A DNA stretch of 64,000 bases from Nannocystis bainbridge (GCF_028368995.1 NZ_JAQNDL010000002.1:384001-448000), one strand, 5' to 3'; shown: positions 13,984 to 24,463, numbered from the stretch's first letter. Numbers and translations: made by a program. Notes: a model not told the origin generated them from the sequence alone.

Positions 13984-15381
13984 TCAGTCGGCGCGGCCGA
14001 TCTCGACGCTCTCGAGGATGCCGAGCGCGTCCGGGATCTGGACGGCGGCCGAGTAGTAGAGGCTGACGAGGTAGGAGATGACGGCCTTCTCGTTGATGCC
14101 CATGAAGCGCACCGACAGGCTCGGCTCGATCTCGTCGGGGATGCCTTTGTGCTGCAGGCCGATCACGCCCTGGTTCTTCTCGCCGACGCGCATCAGCAGG
14201 ACCGAGGTGGTGCGCGTGTCCGAGATCGGGATCTTGTTGCAGGGGAAGATCGGCACGCCGCGCCACGACGGGACGTGATGGCCGCCCAGCTCGACCGGCG
14301 TGGGGTAGATGCCGGCGCGGTTGCACTCGTGGCCGAACGCCGCGATGGTCCGCGGGTGGGCGAGGAAGAAGGCCGGCTCCTTCCACACGAGCGCCAGCAG
14401 GTTGTCCATGTCGTCCGGCGTCGGCGGGCCGCTGCGGGTGTGGATGCGCTGCTTGAGGTCGGCGTTGTGGAGCAGGCCGAACTCGGGGTTGTTGATGAGC
14501 TCGTGCTCCTGGCGCTCCTTCAGCGCCTCGACGGTCAGGCGCAGCTGCTCCTGCGTCTGGTTCATCGGCTCGTTGAAGAGGTCGGCCACGCGGGTGTGGA
14601 CCTGCAGCACCGTCTGGGCGACGCTGAGCTCGAACTCCCGCGGCGAGGTCTCGTAGTCGACGAAGGTGCCGGGCAGCACCGGCTCGCCCGTGTGGCCGGA
14701 GGCGACCTCGATCGCGGCCTGGCCGGTGTTGTCCTGCTTCTTCTGCGCGCGGGCCTTGAACTCGTCGACGTGCCGCTTGAGCGTCGGGAACTGATTCACG
14801 AGCTCCTCGAACGAGCTCTGCGACAGCGTGAGGATGCTGCCGGCGGTCACGGCCTTGGCGGTGAAGTCCCAGTAGTCCTGCGACTCGAGGATCGCCTGGT
14901 ACGAGTAATGGTCGCCGTCGGCCAGGGTCTCGAGGACCGCCTCGTCGCCGTACTTGCCGGTGCCGATCTTGTTGACCTTGCCGTGGGCGATGAGGACCAT
15001 CTCGTTGGCCTCGTTGCCCTTCTGCGTCAAGACGTCGCCCGCCTTGAACTCCTTCTGCACGAAGCGGCCGGCGAGCACGCTCAGCACCTCGAGGTCCTCG
15101 TAGCCGCGGAACAGCGGCAATTCGGTCAGCTCGAGCGGGACGACCTGGATCTTGGCGCCCGTGTTGTAGAAGGTGACGCGGCCGTCGCCGACGGCGTAGC
15201 TCAGGCGGCGGTTGAGGCGGAACACGCCGTTGACGTGGACCCACGGCAGCAACTTGAGCAGCCAGCGGGACGAGATGCCCTGCATCTGGGGCGGGGACTT
15301 CGTCGTCGTGGCCAGCTGCCGCGCGGCCGCCGTCGAGAGGCTCGTCTGCTGATCATTACCGGGCTTTCCTGCGATCGACAT
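13984..15381 (-). CDS. Family 2B encapsulin shell protein A (cNMP-binding domain insertion)
   Basis: [57 protein letters not shown]; ATG 15381 with aaagga RBS. Confidence 0.93.
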   Translation of the reverse strand: MSIAGKPGNDQQTSLSTAAARQLATTTKSPPQMQGISSRWLLKLLPWVHVNGVFRLNRRLSYAVGDGRVTFYNTGAKIQVVPLELTELPLFRGYEDLEVLSVLAGRFVQKEFKAGDVLTQKGNEANEMVLIAHGKVNKIGTGKYGDEAVLETLADGDHYSYQAILESQDYWDFTAKAVTAGSILTLSQSSFEELVNQFPTLKRHVDEFKARAQKKQDNTGQAAIEVASGHTGEPVLPGTFVDYETSPREFELSVAQTVLQVHTRVADLFNEPMNQTQEQLRLTVEALKERQEHELINNPEFGLLHNADLKQRIHTRSGPPTPDDMDNLLALVWKEPAFFLAHPRTIAAFGHECNRAGIYPTPVELGGHHVPSWRGVPIFPCNKIPISDTRTTSVLLMRVGEKNQGVIGLQHKGIPDEIEPSLSVRFMGINEKAVISYLVSLYYSAAVQIPDALGILESVEIGRAD

Positions 15382-16372
15382 GACTATCCTTTTCACCGAC
15401 AGCTCCGCTGCCGCTTCCAATCTCGCTCGTACACGGGCCGGGTCGGCGCACCGCGATTCGAGCTGGCGGAGGTTACGCTCCAGCGTGGCGGAGGGTCAAG
15501 ACAATTCGGGGAGACGAAGCATTAAATGAAGGGTGAATTGATGACTGTGGATTGGGCGCTCGAACGCGCGGAGCGGGCGGTAGACCGCGCTTTCGTCAGG
15601 TCGCGCGATTGGGTGAATCCCGAACTGTCATGCGCCGATGATACGCGTTCCAGCCGCCGATAACGGCGTTGGCGTGTCATCCATGGTGTGTCTGGCGATT
15701 CCGGGCGAGCGATGATTCCCGGCTGCGCTTCGTCATCCACCCGCCGCCGCTGTCACGGCAGAGTGCGCGTCATCGTGACAGTGGTGGAAGGTCGAATCCG
15801 CCGAGCGGCGCGGGCCTGACCGCGGCCCGCGGGCCGGCAATGGCCATTGTTGCGCGGCTCGTATTCGCGGCGGCGCGCGGCGCGAGGGGCACGAATGCAC
15901 AGGGCCTATCCGGGCCGGCCGACGCGGACGCGACGACCGGCGTGTGCACGGCGTTCTGGCGGCGGCCGCGATCTACCTTATTAAAGAGATCGGGGGAGCG
16001 CCGACGTCGGGGCGCGTCGCCGTCAGGCGCGGTCGCGCCATTCGGCCCGGGGGCCGCGGGCGCGATCGTATAGGGCTTCGCGCGAGCGCGGCGGCGGCGA
16101 GCGAGGGTCGGTAAGAGCCACGCGCCGCCGGTGATCGATCGCGGCGGAGCGTGCGTGGCCCGCAAATCGTGCGACATCGCCGCGACGTCGCCGTTATTCC
16201 CCGGTATTCGCGGTCGACGCTGAAATGTCGCGAAGCGGACAATGGTGGGACAGGGGGCGCTGATTCAGCGCACCACCCCGCGGGGGGCCGGCGCGCGCGG
16301 CAGAGTTCGTTCGCCGCGACAGCCTGCGCCGATCGCCGGGCTCGCTGCCGGCGACGCACGTCGCGGAGCCGA

Positions 16373-16481
16373 GGCGAGGCACGGGCCGTCAGGACGCGTC
16401 GTGCGCCGCCCCGTGGCCGCCCGGTGGGCGGGCGGGCGCCCACGGCGAGGCACGGGCCGTCAGGACGCGTCGTGCGCCGCC
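16373..16481. repeat. Perfect 38-bp direct repeat (16373-16410, 16444-16481)
   Basis: ggcgaggcacgggccgtcaggacgcgtcgtgcgccgcc x2; the second copy includes the stop codon of the receiver-like gene. Confidence 0.85.
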
Positions 16482-16801
16482 TCGCGGGCGCGCAGGAGGC
16501 GGGCGATCGCGGCGATGCCGGCCTCCATGCGCGCGCGAGCGGCGGTGTTTGCGGAGTGCACGGCGAGGGCGGGCGGGACGAAGCCGCGGGTGGCGACGGC
16601 CTCCTCGATCCAGCGGACGACGTCATAGCCGGTGCCGCGCGCGTCGTCGCCGAGGTCGTGATCGAGGCTGAGCTCGGCGACGGCGCCGGTCTGCAGCAGG
16701 GCCACGACCTCGTCGGGCCAGCGCACCGGCAGCCAGCCGGGCGGGGCCGGGCGCTCGTCGTCGAGCCAGAGCCGCAGGTTCGGAGCTGTCGCTTCGGACA
16801 T
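16460..16801 (-). CDS. Cyclic-phosphate-processing receiver (cREC)-like domain protein
   Basis: LWLDDERPAP, LSLDHDLG, GTGYDV, VHSAN motifs; 113 aa from ATG 16801. Confidence 0.8.
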   Translation of the reverse strand: MSEATAPNLRLWLDDERPAPPGWLPVRWPDEVVALLQTGAVAELSLDHDLGDDARGTGYDVVRWIEEAVATRGFVPPALAVHSANTAARARMEAGIAAIARLLRAREAAHDAS

Positions 16802-16821
16802 GTCCCGAGAGACCTCTCGGA

Positions 16822-18393
16822 TCAGCGGACCATGACCCACCGGGCGGCGCCGGGCTTGTGGCAGTCGTGGATCGGGACGACGGCGTCGAGGGTGTTGGGG
16901 TCGGAGGCGAAGGTGTCGGCGGAGGGGGAGACCACCGCGGCGCCCTTCCACGGGTAGTTGGCGAGGCCGCAGCCGTACTGGTCCTGGGCGATCTCGTCGA
17001 TGTGCCAGGCGCCGGCGCAGCCCTCGGAGGTGCCGACGTGCCAGGTGCAGATGGTCTTGTTCTGGACGAAGTTGCCCTTGAGGCGGGCCTCCTTGTAGAG
17101 CACCTTGGTCCAGTTGAAGCAACTGTTGGGGCCGCCCTGGCCGTTGAAGAGGTTGGTGGCGGCGGTGAGCAGGTAGTCGTCGCCGCGGCAGTCGATGCGC
17201 ATGTCGGTCGCGAGGTCGCGCCAGGTCGTCATCTGGGCCTTGGACAGGCGGTGGCGGGCGTTGGCGGGGTCGGCCGGATTGACGGGCAGGTCGTTGTAGA
17301 GGGCCTTGCCGATGGTCTGGGCGCCGAGCGGGCTGCGCTCGAGCACGGTCCAGCCGCCGCCGGCGGTGAGCATGTCGCAGAAGACGGATTGCGCCGGCTG
17401 CGGACCGACGCCGTCGGGGTCGACGAGGTAGACGCCGCTCGGGGCCTGGGGGAGGCTGGCGTGCAGCTGCTGGCAGGTCTCCGGCACGGTGCAGACGCTG
17501 GTGCAGCCGTCGCCTTCGTCGGCGTCGGCGTCGTCGCACTGCTCGACGCCGGCTTGCACGTGGCCGTCGCCGCAGCTAGCGGCGATGCAGTCCGTCAGGC
17601 AGGCGTCGGTCTGCGCGGCGTTGCCGTCGTCGCAGACCTCGACGCCGTCCTGGACGTGGCCGTCGCCGCACTTGGCGAGCTCGCAGGTGGTGAGGCAAGC
17701 GTCGGTGTCGTCGGCGTTGGCGTCGTCGCAGGCCTCGACGCCGTCGCGCACGTGGCCGTCGCCGCAGCTGGCGGCCAGACAGGTGGAGAGGCAGGCGTCG
17801 GTGTCGTCGGCGTTGGCGTCGTCGCAGGCTTCGCCGACCTGGACCGCCCCGTCGCCGCAGGTCGCGAGGGCGCAGTTGTTGGTGCAGGCGTCGTCGTCGT
17901 CGTCGTTGGCGTCGTCGCAGGCCTCGACGCCGGCCTGGACCAGGCCGTCGCCGCACTCGGCGAGGGCGCAGGCGAGGGTGCAGTTGCCGTCGTCGGCGTT
18001 GGCCGGGCCAGCGTCGCAGGCCTCGCCGTCGTCGACCTCGCCGTCGCCGCAGAAGGGGGCGGGGCCGGTGGTGCCATCCGTGGTGGTGGTGGTGTCGACC
18101 GAGGTGGTGCCGGTTTCGGTGGTGCTGGTCGAGGTCGAGGTCGAGGTGGTGGTGGTGTCGCCGGTGGTGGTGGTCGAGTCGCTGGCGTTGCCGGTGCCGA
18201 GCGTGCTGTCGCCGGTGGTCGGCACGCCGGTGGTCGGCGCCGGTTCGCCGCTGCTTTCACCGCCGGTCGTCGCCTGCGTGTCCGTGCCGGCCGTGGCCGT
18301 GTCGGTGGTGACCGCGACGCCGCTGTCTCCGCACCCCGCCGCGACGAGGACCGTGGCAAAGGCGCCCCTGCTCCCCCATACAAACAGTTTCAT
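16822..18393 (-). CDS. Lipoprotein with Myxococcus Cys-rich (DUF4215-type) repeats and a fibrinogen-like C-terminal domain
   Basis: VAAGC lipobox, Thr-rich linker, six CGDG..E.CDD repeats, then SGVYLVDPDG...VFCDMLTAGGGWT. Confidence 0.85.
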   Translation of the reverse strand: MKLFVWGSRGAFATVLVAAGCGDSGVAVTTDTATAGTDTQATTGGESSGEPAPTTGVPTTGDSTLGTGNASDSTTTTGDTTTTSTSTSTSTTETGTTSVDTTTTTDGTTGPAPFCGDGEVDDGEACDAGPANADDGNCTLACALAECGDGLVQAGVEACDDANDDDDDACTNNCALATCGDGAVQVGEACDDANADDTDACLSTCLAASCGDGHVRDGVEACDDANADDTDACLTTCELAKCGDGHVQDGVEVCDDGNAAQTDACLTDCIAASCGDGHVQAGVEQCDDADADEGDGCTSVCTVPETCQQLHASLPQAPSGVYLVDPDGVGPQPAQSVFCDMLTAGGGWTVLERSPLGAQTIGKALYNDLPVNPADPANARHRLSKAQMTTWRDLATDMRIDCRGDDYLLTAATNLFNGQGGPNSCFNWTKVLYKEARLKGNFVQNKTICTWHVGTSEGCAGAWHIDEIAQDQYGCGLANYPWKGAAVVSPSADTFASDPNTLDAVVPIHDCHKPGAARWVMVR

Positions 18394-18861
18394 GGCGGGA
18401 TGGTACGCGAACGGATCGCTGGCCGGGGAGCCGCGTCGATCGGCACGAGGACGGCGGCGCCGACGCTGGCGTCGTGCAGGCGGGTGCACGGTGACGTGGC
18501 GGAGGTGCGGGGCGAGACCACCCGGCCCGCGTGCGCAGAGCGGGCCGCGGAGGAGGAGCTGTCTTTCGAGACATGTCCGTGGATTCGCCGGGGTGGTGAC
18601 ACGGCGGTAGCAAGGGGCCGGTGCGGTGGGAGCTGGTCGCTCACGGCCGAGTGCATCGAGGAGCGCTTGTTCCGGATCTCGAAACGAGAGCGCGGGGCCG
18701 AGCGCCGTGGTGTCGGCGTCGCCGACGCGGTGCGTCGATGCACGACATCGTCGCGCGCGGCTCGCTGCGAGGCCACGCTTCGCAAGCGAACGCACGAGGA
18801 CGCGGCAGCTGGATCGCGGCAGCAGGACGCTAGCTCGCGTGGGGGTGACGGGGACTGATGC

Positions 18862-19614
18862 TCACCAGGGGGTATCGCCGCTCGCTTCCACGAACCGACC
18901 GGAGACGGCGTCGGCGCCGCGCAGCGCGTGCTGGACCGGCAGCCTCGCGCCGTCCTCGGCGGTCAGGAAACCCTGGTGCCCGGTCAGATCCGTCTTCACG
19001 TAGCCCGGGCTCACCGAGGTCACGACGATCGGCGTGTCCCGCAGCTCCTCGGCGAGCTGGACGGTGAGCATGTTGAGGGCCGCCTTGCTGGCGTTGTAGC
19101 CGATGAGCCGCGCCGAATAATAAGGCGACGAAGGATCGCCGTTCAGCGTCAGCGAACCGAGAGAGCTCGAGAGGTTGACGATCCGCGCGGCCGGCGAGCG
19201 GCGCAGCAGCGGCAGCATCGCCTGCGTGACCGCCAGGGTGCCGACGAAGTTGGTATTGACGATCTTGCGCACGGCGGCGATCGAGGCGGCGCTGGGCGGG
19301 CCGTCCTCGGCGTCGACGATGCCGGCGTTGTTGACGAGGATGTCGAGCCGGCCGTGCTCGGCGGCGATCGAGGCGGCGGCGGCCGCGATGCTGGCCTCGT
19401 CCTCGAGGTCGAGCTGGACCGCCTGGGCGGTCAGCCCCTGCTGCGCCAGAGCGTGCACCGCTGCGCTCGCCCGTCCGCGGTCGCGCGCGCCGAGGAGGAC
19501 GATGACGCCGGCTCGCGCGAGCTGGCGGGCGATCTCGAGGCCGATGCCCTTGTTCGCGCCGGTGACGAGCGCGACGCGCTCGGTGACCCCTGCCTGATGG
19601 ACCTTGTCGTGCAT
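18862..19614 (-). CDS. SDR oxidoreductase (carbonyl reductase-like)
   Basis: TGANKGIG, NNAG, YNASK, PGYVKTD. Confidence 0.9.
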   Translation of the reverse strand: MHDKVHQAGVTERVALVTGANKGIGLEIARQLARAGVIVLLGARDRGRASAAVHALAQQGLTAQAVQLDLEDEASIAAAAASIAAEHGRLDILVNNAGIVDAEDGPPSAASIAAVRKIVNTNFVGTLAVTQAMLPLLRRSPAARIVNLSSSLGSLTLNGDPSSPYYSARLIGYNASKAALNMLTVQLAEELRDTPIVVTSVSPGYVKTDLTGHQGFLTAEDGARLPVQHALRGADAVSGRFVEASGDTPW

Positions 19615-19670
19615 GCGTGGAGTCTTAGGCCGCCGCGACGCGACGAGGAAGGGCGATCGGCGCACGACTC

Positions 19671-19689
19671 TGTTGCTCGCCGGTCAACA
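19671..19689. promoter_or_regulatory. Probable LysR box
   Basis: TGTTG-N9-CAACA dyad containing T-N11-A, between the divergent SDR and LysR genes. Confidence 0.5.
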
Positions 19690-19708
19690 ATTGGCGGAGA
19701 CTCGGGTG

Positions 19709-20644
19709 ATGGATCCGCTCAGCGAGATCGGCGTGTTCGTCCGCGTGGTCGAGAAGCGGAGCTTCACGCTCGCCGCGCGGACGATGGGCCTCACCGCGTC
19801 CGGGGTCAGCCGAGCGGTCGCGCGGCTCGAGGGGCGCCTCGGCGTGCGCCTGCTGGAGCGGACCACCCGCAGCGTCGGGCTCACCGCCGACGGCGCCGTC
19901 TACTTCGAGCGCTGCACCCGTATCCTGCGCGAGCTCGAGGAGGCCGACAGGGCGGTCGCCAGCACGCGGAGCGCACCCCGCGGGAGGCTCCGCGTCGACG
20001 CGCCCTCGATGTTCGGGAGCTACGTGCTCGGCCCGGCGATCGGGCGCTTCCTGGCGGCGTATCCCGAGCTGTCCGTCGATCTCAGCCTCCGCGATCACCT
20101 CGTCGATCCGATCGCCGAGGGGATCGACGTGGTCTTGCGAATGGCGAAGCTGCGGGAGAGCGAGCTGCATTGCAAGCACCTGGGGGCGATGCCGCTGGTG
20201 ATCGTCGGGACGCCGGCTTACTTCGCGCGCCGGGGTCGGCCGAGCACCGTCGAGGACCTGCGCCAGCACGATACGCTCGGGTTCCTGGTCGGCGCGATGC
20301 CTCTCGCGTGGAAGCTCCGCCACGAGGACGGCGAGCTGGCGCTGCCGCCGACGGGGCGGCTCTACTCGAACGGCATCGGGGCGCTGCTCGACGCGGCGCG
20401 CGCGAGCCAGGGCATCGTGCAGGTGTTCGAGCACGTCGTGCGCGACGAGCTCGGGCGCGGGACGTTCGAGGCGGTCCTGCGCGCCGAGCAGCAGCAGGAG
20501 GTGCCGGTCACCGCGCTCTACGCGAAGGAGAAGGCGCAGCTGCCGAAGGTGCGCGTGTTCCTCGAGTTCACGGCCGAGCTGATGCGCGCGGCCGCGAAGC
20601 CCGTCGGCCCGGCGAAGCGGCGCGAGGGCGTGCGGCGGTCGTAG
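19709..20644 (+). CDS. LysR family regulator
   Basis: FVRVVEKRSFTLAA...SGVSRAVARLE..LGVRLLERTTR HTH; PKVRVF tail. Confidence 0.92.
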   Translation: MDPLSEIGVFVRVVEKRSFTLAARTMGLTASGVSRAVARLEGRLGVRLLERTTRSVGLTADGAVYFERCTRILRELEEADRAVASTRSAPRGRLRVDAPSMFGSYVLGPAIGRFLAAYPELSVDLSLRDHLVDPIAEGIDVVLRMAKLRESELHCKHLGAMPLVIVGTPAYFARRGRPSTVEDLRQHDTLGFLVGAMPLAWKLRHEDGELALPPTGRLYSNGIGALLDAARASQGIVQVFEHVVRDELGRGTFEAVLRAEQQQEVPVTALYAKEKAQLPKVRVFLEFTAELMRAAAKPVGPAKRREGVRRS

Positions 20645-20653
20645 AGTTTCGCG

Positions 20654-21619
20654 TCAGCCGGGGATGACGAAGCACTGGATGCTGGTGTCGATGCGGAAGT
20701 TCGACTGGGTGGTGTGGCGCTCGGCGTGGAAGATGTCCATCGAGTAGGTGCCGTTCAGCTGGATGCCGAAGAAGCCGGCGTTGCCGTCGAGGTCGATGCT
20801 CTCGGTGAGGGCCCCGTGGACGCCGCCGAGGTCGATGGCGAGCTTGCCGTTGATGAACAGCCACAGGTCGTCGTCACCGGTGAATGTGAACACTTCGCCG
20901 CCCGAATAGGTGAACTGGGTGTGGATCTCGGTGGTGAAGTGGAAGTTGTGGTTGTTGCCCTGGTTGCCCCAGCCCTGGTCGTCGACCGGGAAGAAGTTGT
21001 TGTTCTGATAGGTGTACTGACCGGGCATGACCTCGGTCAGCTCGATCTGGATCTCGAACGATTGGTTGACGTCGGCGACGTCGTTGTACCACTGGGCGAA
21101 CTCCGTCGGCCCGGTGGTGACGGAGGTGCTGCCGCCGTGGGCGTAGACCGGCTTGTGGTCGGGGCCGAGGTCGATCTGGACGAGGCCGTCGACGGTGCCG
21201 CCGTAGCTCTCGAAGTCCGGGTGATTCTCCTTGAAGTCGCGCACGGTGGCCGTGAGCAGGGAGGTACACTCGGGCGGCCGCTCGCCGGTGGTGGTGGTGG
21301 TGCCGGTGGTGGTGGTCTCGGTGGTCGTGGTGGTGGAAGTCGTGGTCGTGTCGGTGGTGGTGGTGGTGGTCGACGGATCGACGGGGCCGGTGGTGGGGCC
21401 GAGGGTGGTGGGCTCGGCAGTGGCGACGGTGCCGGTGGTGTCGGGCGCGGTGGTGCCGGTCTCGCTGGTGGCAGGCTCGGTGGTGCCGGTGGTGGTCAGG
21501 CCGCCGAGGGTGGACGGGCTGGTGGCCGAGCTGCCCTGGACAGCGCCGGAGTCGCCGCAGGCGGAGGCGGCGAGGACGAGGGTCGAGAGGGTGAAGCTGT
21601 ACTTGAAGACATGTCGCAT
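20654..21619 (-). CDS. Fibro-slime (PA14-like) domain lipoprotein
   Basis: ASAC lipobox, Thr-rich linker, RDF..HPDFE, HNFHFTTE, FTGDDDLWLFING, FHAERHT. Confidence 0.88.
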   Translation of the reverse strand: MRHVFKYSFTLSTLVLAASACGDSGAVQGSSATSPSTLGGLTTTGTTEPATSETGTTAPDTTGTVATAEPTTLGPTTGPVDPSTTTTTTDTTTTSTTTTTETTTTGTTTTTGERPPECTSLLTATVRDFKENHPDFESYGGTVDGLVQIDLGPDHKPVYAHGGSTSVTTGPTEFAQWYNDVADVNQSFEIQIELTEVMPGQYTYQNNNFFPVDDQGWGNQGNNHNFHFTTEIHTQFTYSGGEVFTFTGDDDLWLFINGKLAIDLGGVHGALTESIDLDGNAGFFGIQLNGTYSMDIFHAERHTTQSNFRIDTSIQCFVIPG

Positions 21620-21758
21620 GGGACTCCCGCGCGGCCTGGGCCGGCCCACGATCACATACCACGCCAGGCTGCGCGCGGCCCCCGGGGATGCCCGGGCCAG
21701 GCGCGCCCGGGGCGCGGCCGGTGGACAGGGCCTGGGCGGCGCACTAGCCTCGCAGCCG

Positions 21759-22745
21759 ATGTTCGCCCGCGCGCTCCAGCTCGTCACCGCCGCGTCGCTC
21801 GCCCTGTCCGCGGCCGCGTGCGTGAGCCACTCGTCGACGCCGATGACGGGGCGGGTGGAGGTGCCGCTGGCAGACAAGCGGATCGGGCAATACATCTCGT
21901 CGGGCTGGTCGTTCGATACTTCGAGCTTCTGGATCGAGGGGCCCGAGGGAGTGGTGGTGATCGATGTGCAGTTCCTGCCCTCGATCGCGGCCGAGGTGAT
22001 CGCGGCGGCAGAGCGAGTGACCCGCAAGAAGGTGGTGGCGGCGATCGTGCTGCACCCGAACCCGGACAAGTTCAACGGGACGGCGACGTTCCAGGCCCGC
22101 GGGATCGAGGTGTGGACTTCGGAGCAGGTGCTGGGGCTGATCCCGGAGGTGTTCGCCAGGCGCTCGGAGGTGTTCGCGGAGCGCTATGCGCCCGACTGGC
22201 CGACAGCGACGCCGCAGCCGCGCAGCTTCGGGGCGGCGACGACGACGCTGAAGCTGGCAGGCCTCGAGCTGAAGGCGCATGTGCTCGGGCCGGGCTGCAG
22301 CGCGGCGCACGTGGTGATCGAATGGGAGGACCACGTGTTCGTCGGCGATCTGGTGGCGAACAAGGCCCACGCGTGGCTCGATCTCGGGGAGACGGCGGGG
22401 TGGCTGCAGCGGTTGACGGAGATCGAGGCGATGGGGGCGCGGTCGGTGCACCCGGGCCGCGGCCGCTCGGGCGGGGCCGAGCTGGTGACGAATCAGCGCG
22501 AGTACCTTCAAACGGTGGTGTCGCTGGTGGCGGCGGAGAAGCCGACGATGCCGCCGGAGCCTGCCGCGATTCAGCGGGTGCGGGCGGAGCTGGAGCGCCG
22601 CTACCAGGATTACCGGTTCCCGGTGTTCCTCGAGACCGCGGTGCCGGCGGTGTGGCGCCAATTGGCAGCGGAGACCGCAGCCGAGGGGCCGGAAGAGGCC
22701 CCCGCGGAGGCTCCGCCGGAGTCGCAGCCGACGGCGCAGCCGTAG
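21759..22745 (+). CDS. Secreted MBL-fold protein with degenerate metal motif
   Basis: VVVIDVQF, LHPNPDKFNG (in place of HxHxDH), FVGDL, VHPGRG. Confidence 0.75.
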   Translation: MFARALQLVTAASLALSAAACVSHSSTPMTGRVEVPLADKRIGQYISSGWSFDTSSFWIEGPEGVVVIDVQFLPSIAAEVIAAAERVTRKKVVAAIVLHPNPDKFNGTATFQARGIEVWTSEQVLGLIPEVFARRSEVFAERYAPDWPTATPQPRSFGAATTTLKLAGLELKAHVLGPGCSAAHVVIEWEDHVFVGDLVANKAHAWLDLGETAGWLQRLTEIEAMGARSVHPGRGRSGGAELVTNQREYLQTVVSLVAAEKPTMPPEPAAIQRVRAELERRYQDYRFPVFLETAVPAVWRQLAAETAAEGPEEAPAEAPPESQPTAQP

Positions 22746-22774
22746 CTGGGGTGGAGGCTCCGTGCGAGGCCGAG

Positions 22775-22878
22775 GGTCGCAGCGGTGGGCTTCGAGCGCG
22801 GCGGAGGGCCCGCGAGATCGAAGCGAGGTCGCAGGCTCGGTGGGCTTCCAGCGTGGCGGAGGGTCCGCGAGATCGAAG
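22775..22878. repeat. Tandem ~50-bp REP-like repeat x2
   Basis: ggtcgcag..cggtgggcttc.agcg.ggcggaggg.ccgcgagatcgaag twice. Confidence 0.75.
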
Positions 22879-22883
22879 ACATC

Positions 22884-22963
22884 GCGCCTGGCCTGTGGGG
22901 CATGCCCGATCGATCATGCCTATCAGAACATGTCTTTAGGCACCTGTGCGATCGGCCATGCGT
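22884..22963. repeat. 14-bp-periodic CATG palindrome array 1
   Basis: Cores at 22887 (CCTG), 22901, 22915, 22929, 22943 (CCTG), 22957. Confidence 0.8.
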
Positions 22964-22977
22964 AGGCGTCCGGCGGC

Positions 22978-24225
22978 TCAGCCGGCGGGATCGAAGCCGA
23001 CGTCGCAGCCGTAGCGGACGTCGAGCTTGGCGCCGGCGTCGGCCTGGACCTCGGCGCAGGCGGCAGGGCAGAGGATGACGGTGGCGTTCTCGATGTAAAA
23101 GGCTTCGGCCTCACAGGCGGCGAGGTCGATGACCTGATGGAAGGCCTTGGCGGGCGGGAGGCCGCCGACCTGGTAGTCGATCTGGATGGTGTCGGGATCG
23201 ATGGTGCCCATGGGCGGGTCGGGGATCGGGAAGGCGCAGGCGATCGGGGTGGTCTCGACGACGTCCTTGGCGATCTCCTGGAAGAGGACGTCGAAGGAGT
23301 CGGTCTGCGACAGCGGGAACCGCCAACCACCGCTGACGACGCTGACGCGCTGGATCGATTCGCCCTCGCCCTGGAGCGGGTCCACCGGCAGCCAGGGGGC
23401 GTCGGCGGGGCTGTTGGCGGGCATGGTGACGATGGCGTGGAAGACGTAGTCGCGCGCGCCAGGGGTGCCGAAATGCGGAGGATCGAGGGCGAGCAGGGCG
23501 GCGTCGAAGGCGTCGCCGTCAGCCTCGGCGTTCGAGGCGCTGGTGGCGTCGGTCATGGCGAGGATGACCTTGCGGGTGCCGTCGCGCAGGAAGTCGCGGA
23601 AGCCGCCAGGGGCGAGGCCGTGCGGGTCGGGGGTGGTGTACCAGGCGAGGATGTTGTCGAGGAAGGCGCCGGAGCCGGTGATGGCGTCGTAATGCTTGTA
23701 GCGCTCGGTGACGGCAGGGACGGTGGGGGGAGGGTTGCAGTCGGTGCCGGACAGCGGGGCGCTGATGCAGATGTCGAGCTGCTCGCCAGGCGGCCAGTCG
23801 CCCATGACGATGACGCGATAGTCGATGTCGCTGGCGCCGAGGATGGCGGCGAAGTCCTGGTTGATGCTGGCCTCGACGGCGGCGATGGCAGCCTGCATGG
23901 AGTTGGAGGTGTCGACGACGACGACGACGTCGACGCCGATCGACTGGACCTGCGGCTCGAGCATCTGGGCGGCACAGTCGCCGGTGGTGGCCATGTCGCC
24001 CTGGTCAGGCTGCTGGCCGAGGTCGAGCTTGGGCAGGCCGGTGGTGGAGGTGGTGGTCGGCTCGCCGGTGGAGGTGCCGTCAGTGGCGGCGCCGTCGGTG
24101 GTGCCGAGCGTGGTGGGGGCAGGACCGCTGGTGGTGAGGGTGGCGTTGGCGGTGTCCTGGGGCCGGCCGCTGTCGCCGCAGGCGAGGAGAGGAGCGCACA
24201 GGAGAAGCGCGGGGAGGCGGTGCAT
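22978..24225 (-). CDS. vWA-domain lipoprotein
   Basis: LLAC lipobox, Thr-rich linker, VDVVVVVDTSNSM MIDAS motif, Cys-rich tail. Confidence 0.82.
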   Translation of the reverse strand: MHRLPALLLCAPLLACGDSGRPQDTANATLTTSGPAPTTLGTTDGAATDGTSTGEPTTTSTTGLPKLDLGQQPDQGDMATTGDCAAQMLEPQVQSIGVDVVVVVDTSNSMQAAIAAVEASINQDFAAILGASDIDYRVIVMGDWPPGEQLDICISAPLSGTDCNPPPTVPAVTERYKHYDAITGSGAFLDNILAWYTTPDPHGLAPGGFRDFLRDGTRKVILAMTDATSASNAEADGDAFDAALLALDPPHFGTPGARDYVFHAIVTMPANSPADAPWLPVDPLQGEGESIQRVSVVSGGWRFPLSQTDSFDVLFQEIAKDVVETTPIACAFPIPDPPMGTIDPDTIQIDYQVGGLPPAKAFHQVIDLAACEAEAFYIENATVILCPAACAEVQADAGAKLDVRYGCDVGFDPAG

Positions 24226-24463
24226 CGCGGGGATGGTACTGCAGGATGTCGGCGGCGGTGGAGCGCGAGGCTGCGCGCGCATGGGCCGGCGATCGCGGAG
24301 GGGGCGGGGCGGTGAGGTGGCCTTTGGGACAGGCGGTGCGAGAGGTAGCGCGCGTCGAGCGAGGCGCGAAGCGGGCCTTTGATGCGGGTCGAGGGCGAGG
24401 GGCGCGATGGTCGCACGGCTCGGGCCTGAGTGGCGAAGCAGAGGCGAGGCAGAGGACCGTGAG

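Noticed and set aside
12502-15381. Crp/Fnr regulators or phage capsid genes
   Set aside because: No HTH and no phage genes; motifs and context fit family 2B encapsulins.
15420-16370. Possible ncRNA or riboswitch upstream of the encapsulin operon
   Set aside because: Only AT-richer patches and short dyads; no recognisable RNA motif by eye. An Rfam scan would be needed.
17500-18300. DNA repeats and (GGT)n tracts here and at 21285-21500
   Set aside because: Explained by Cys-rich protein repeats and Thr-rich linkers.
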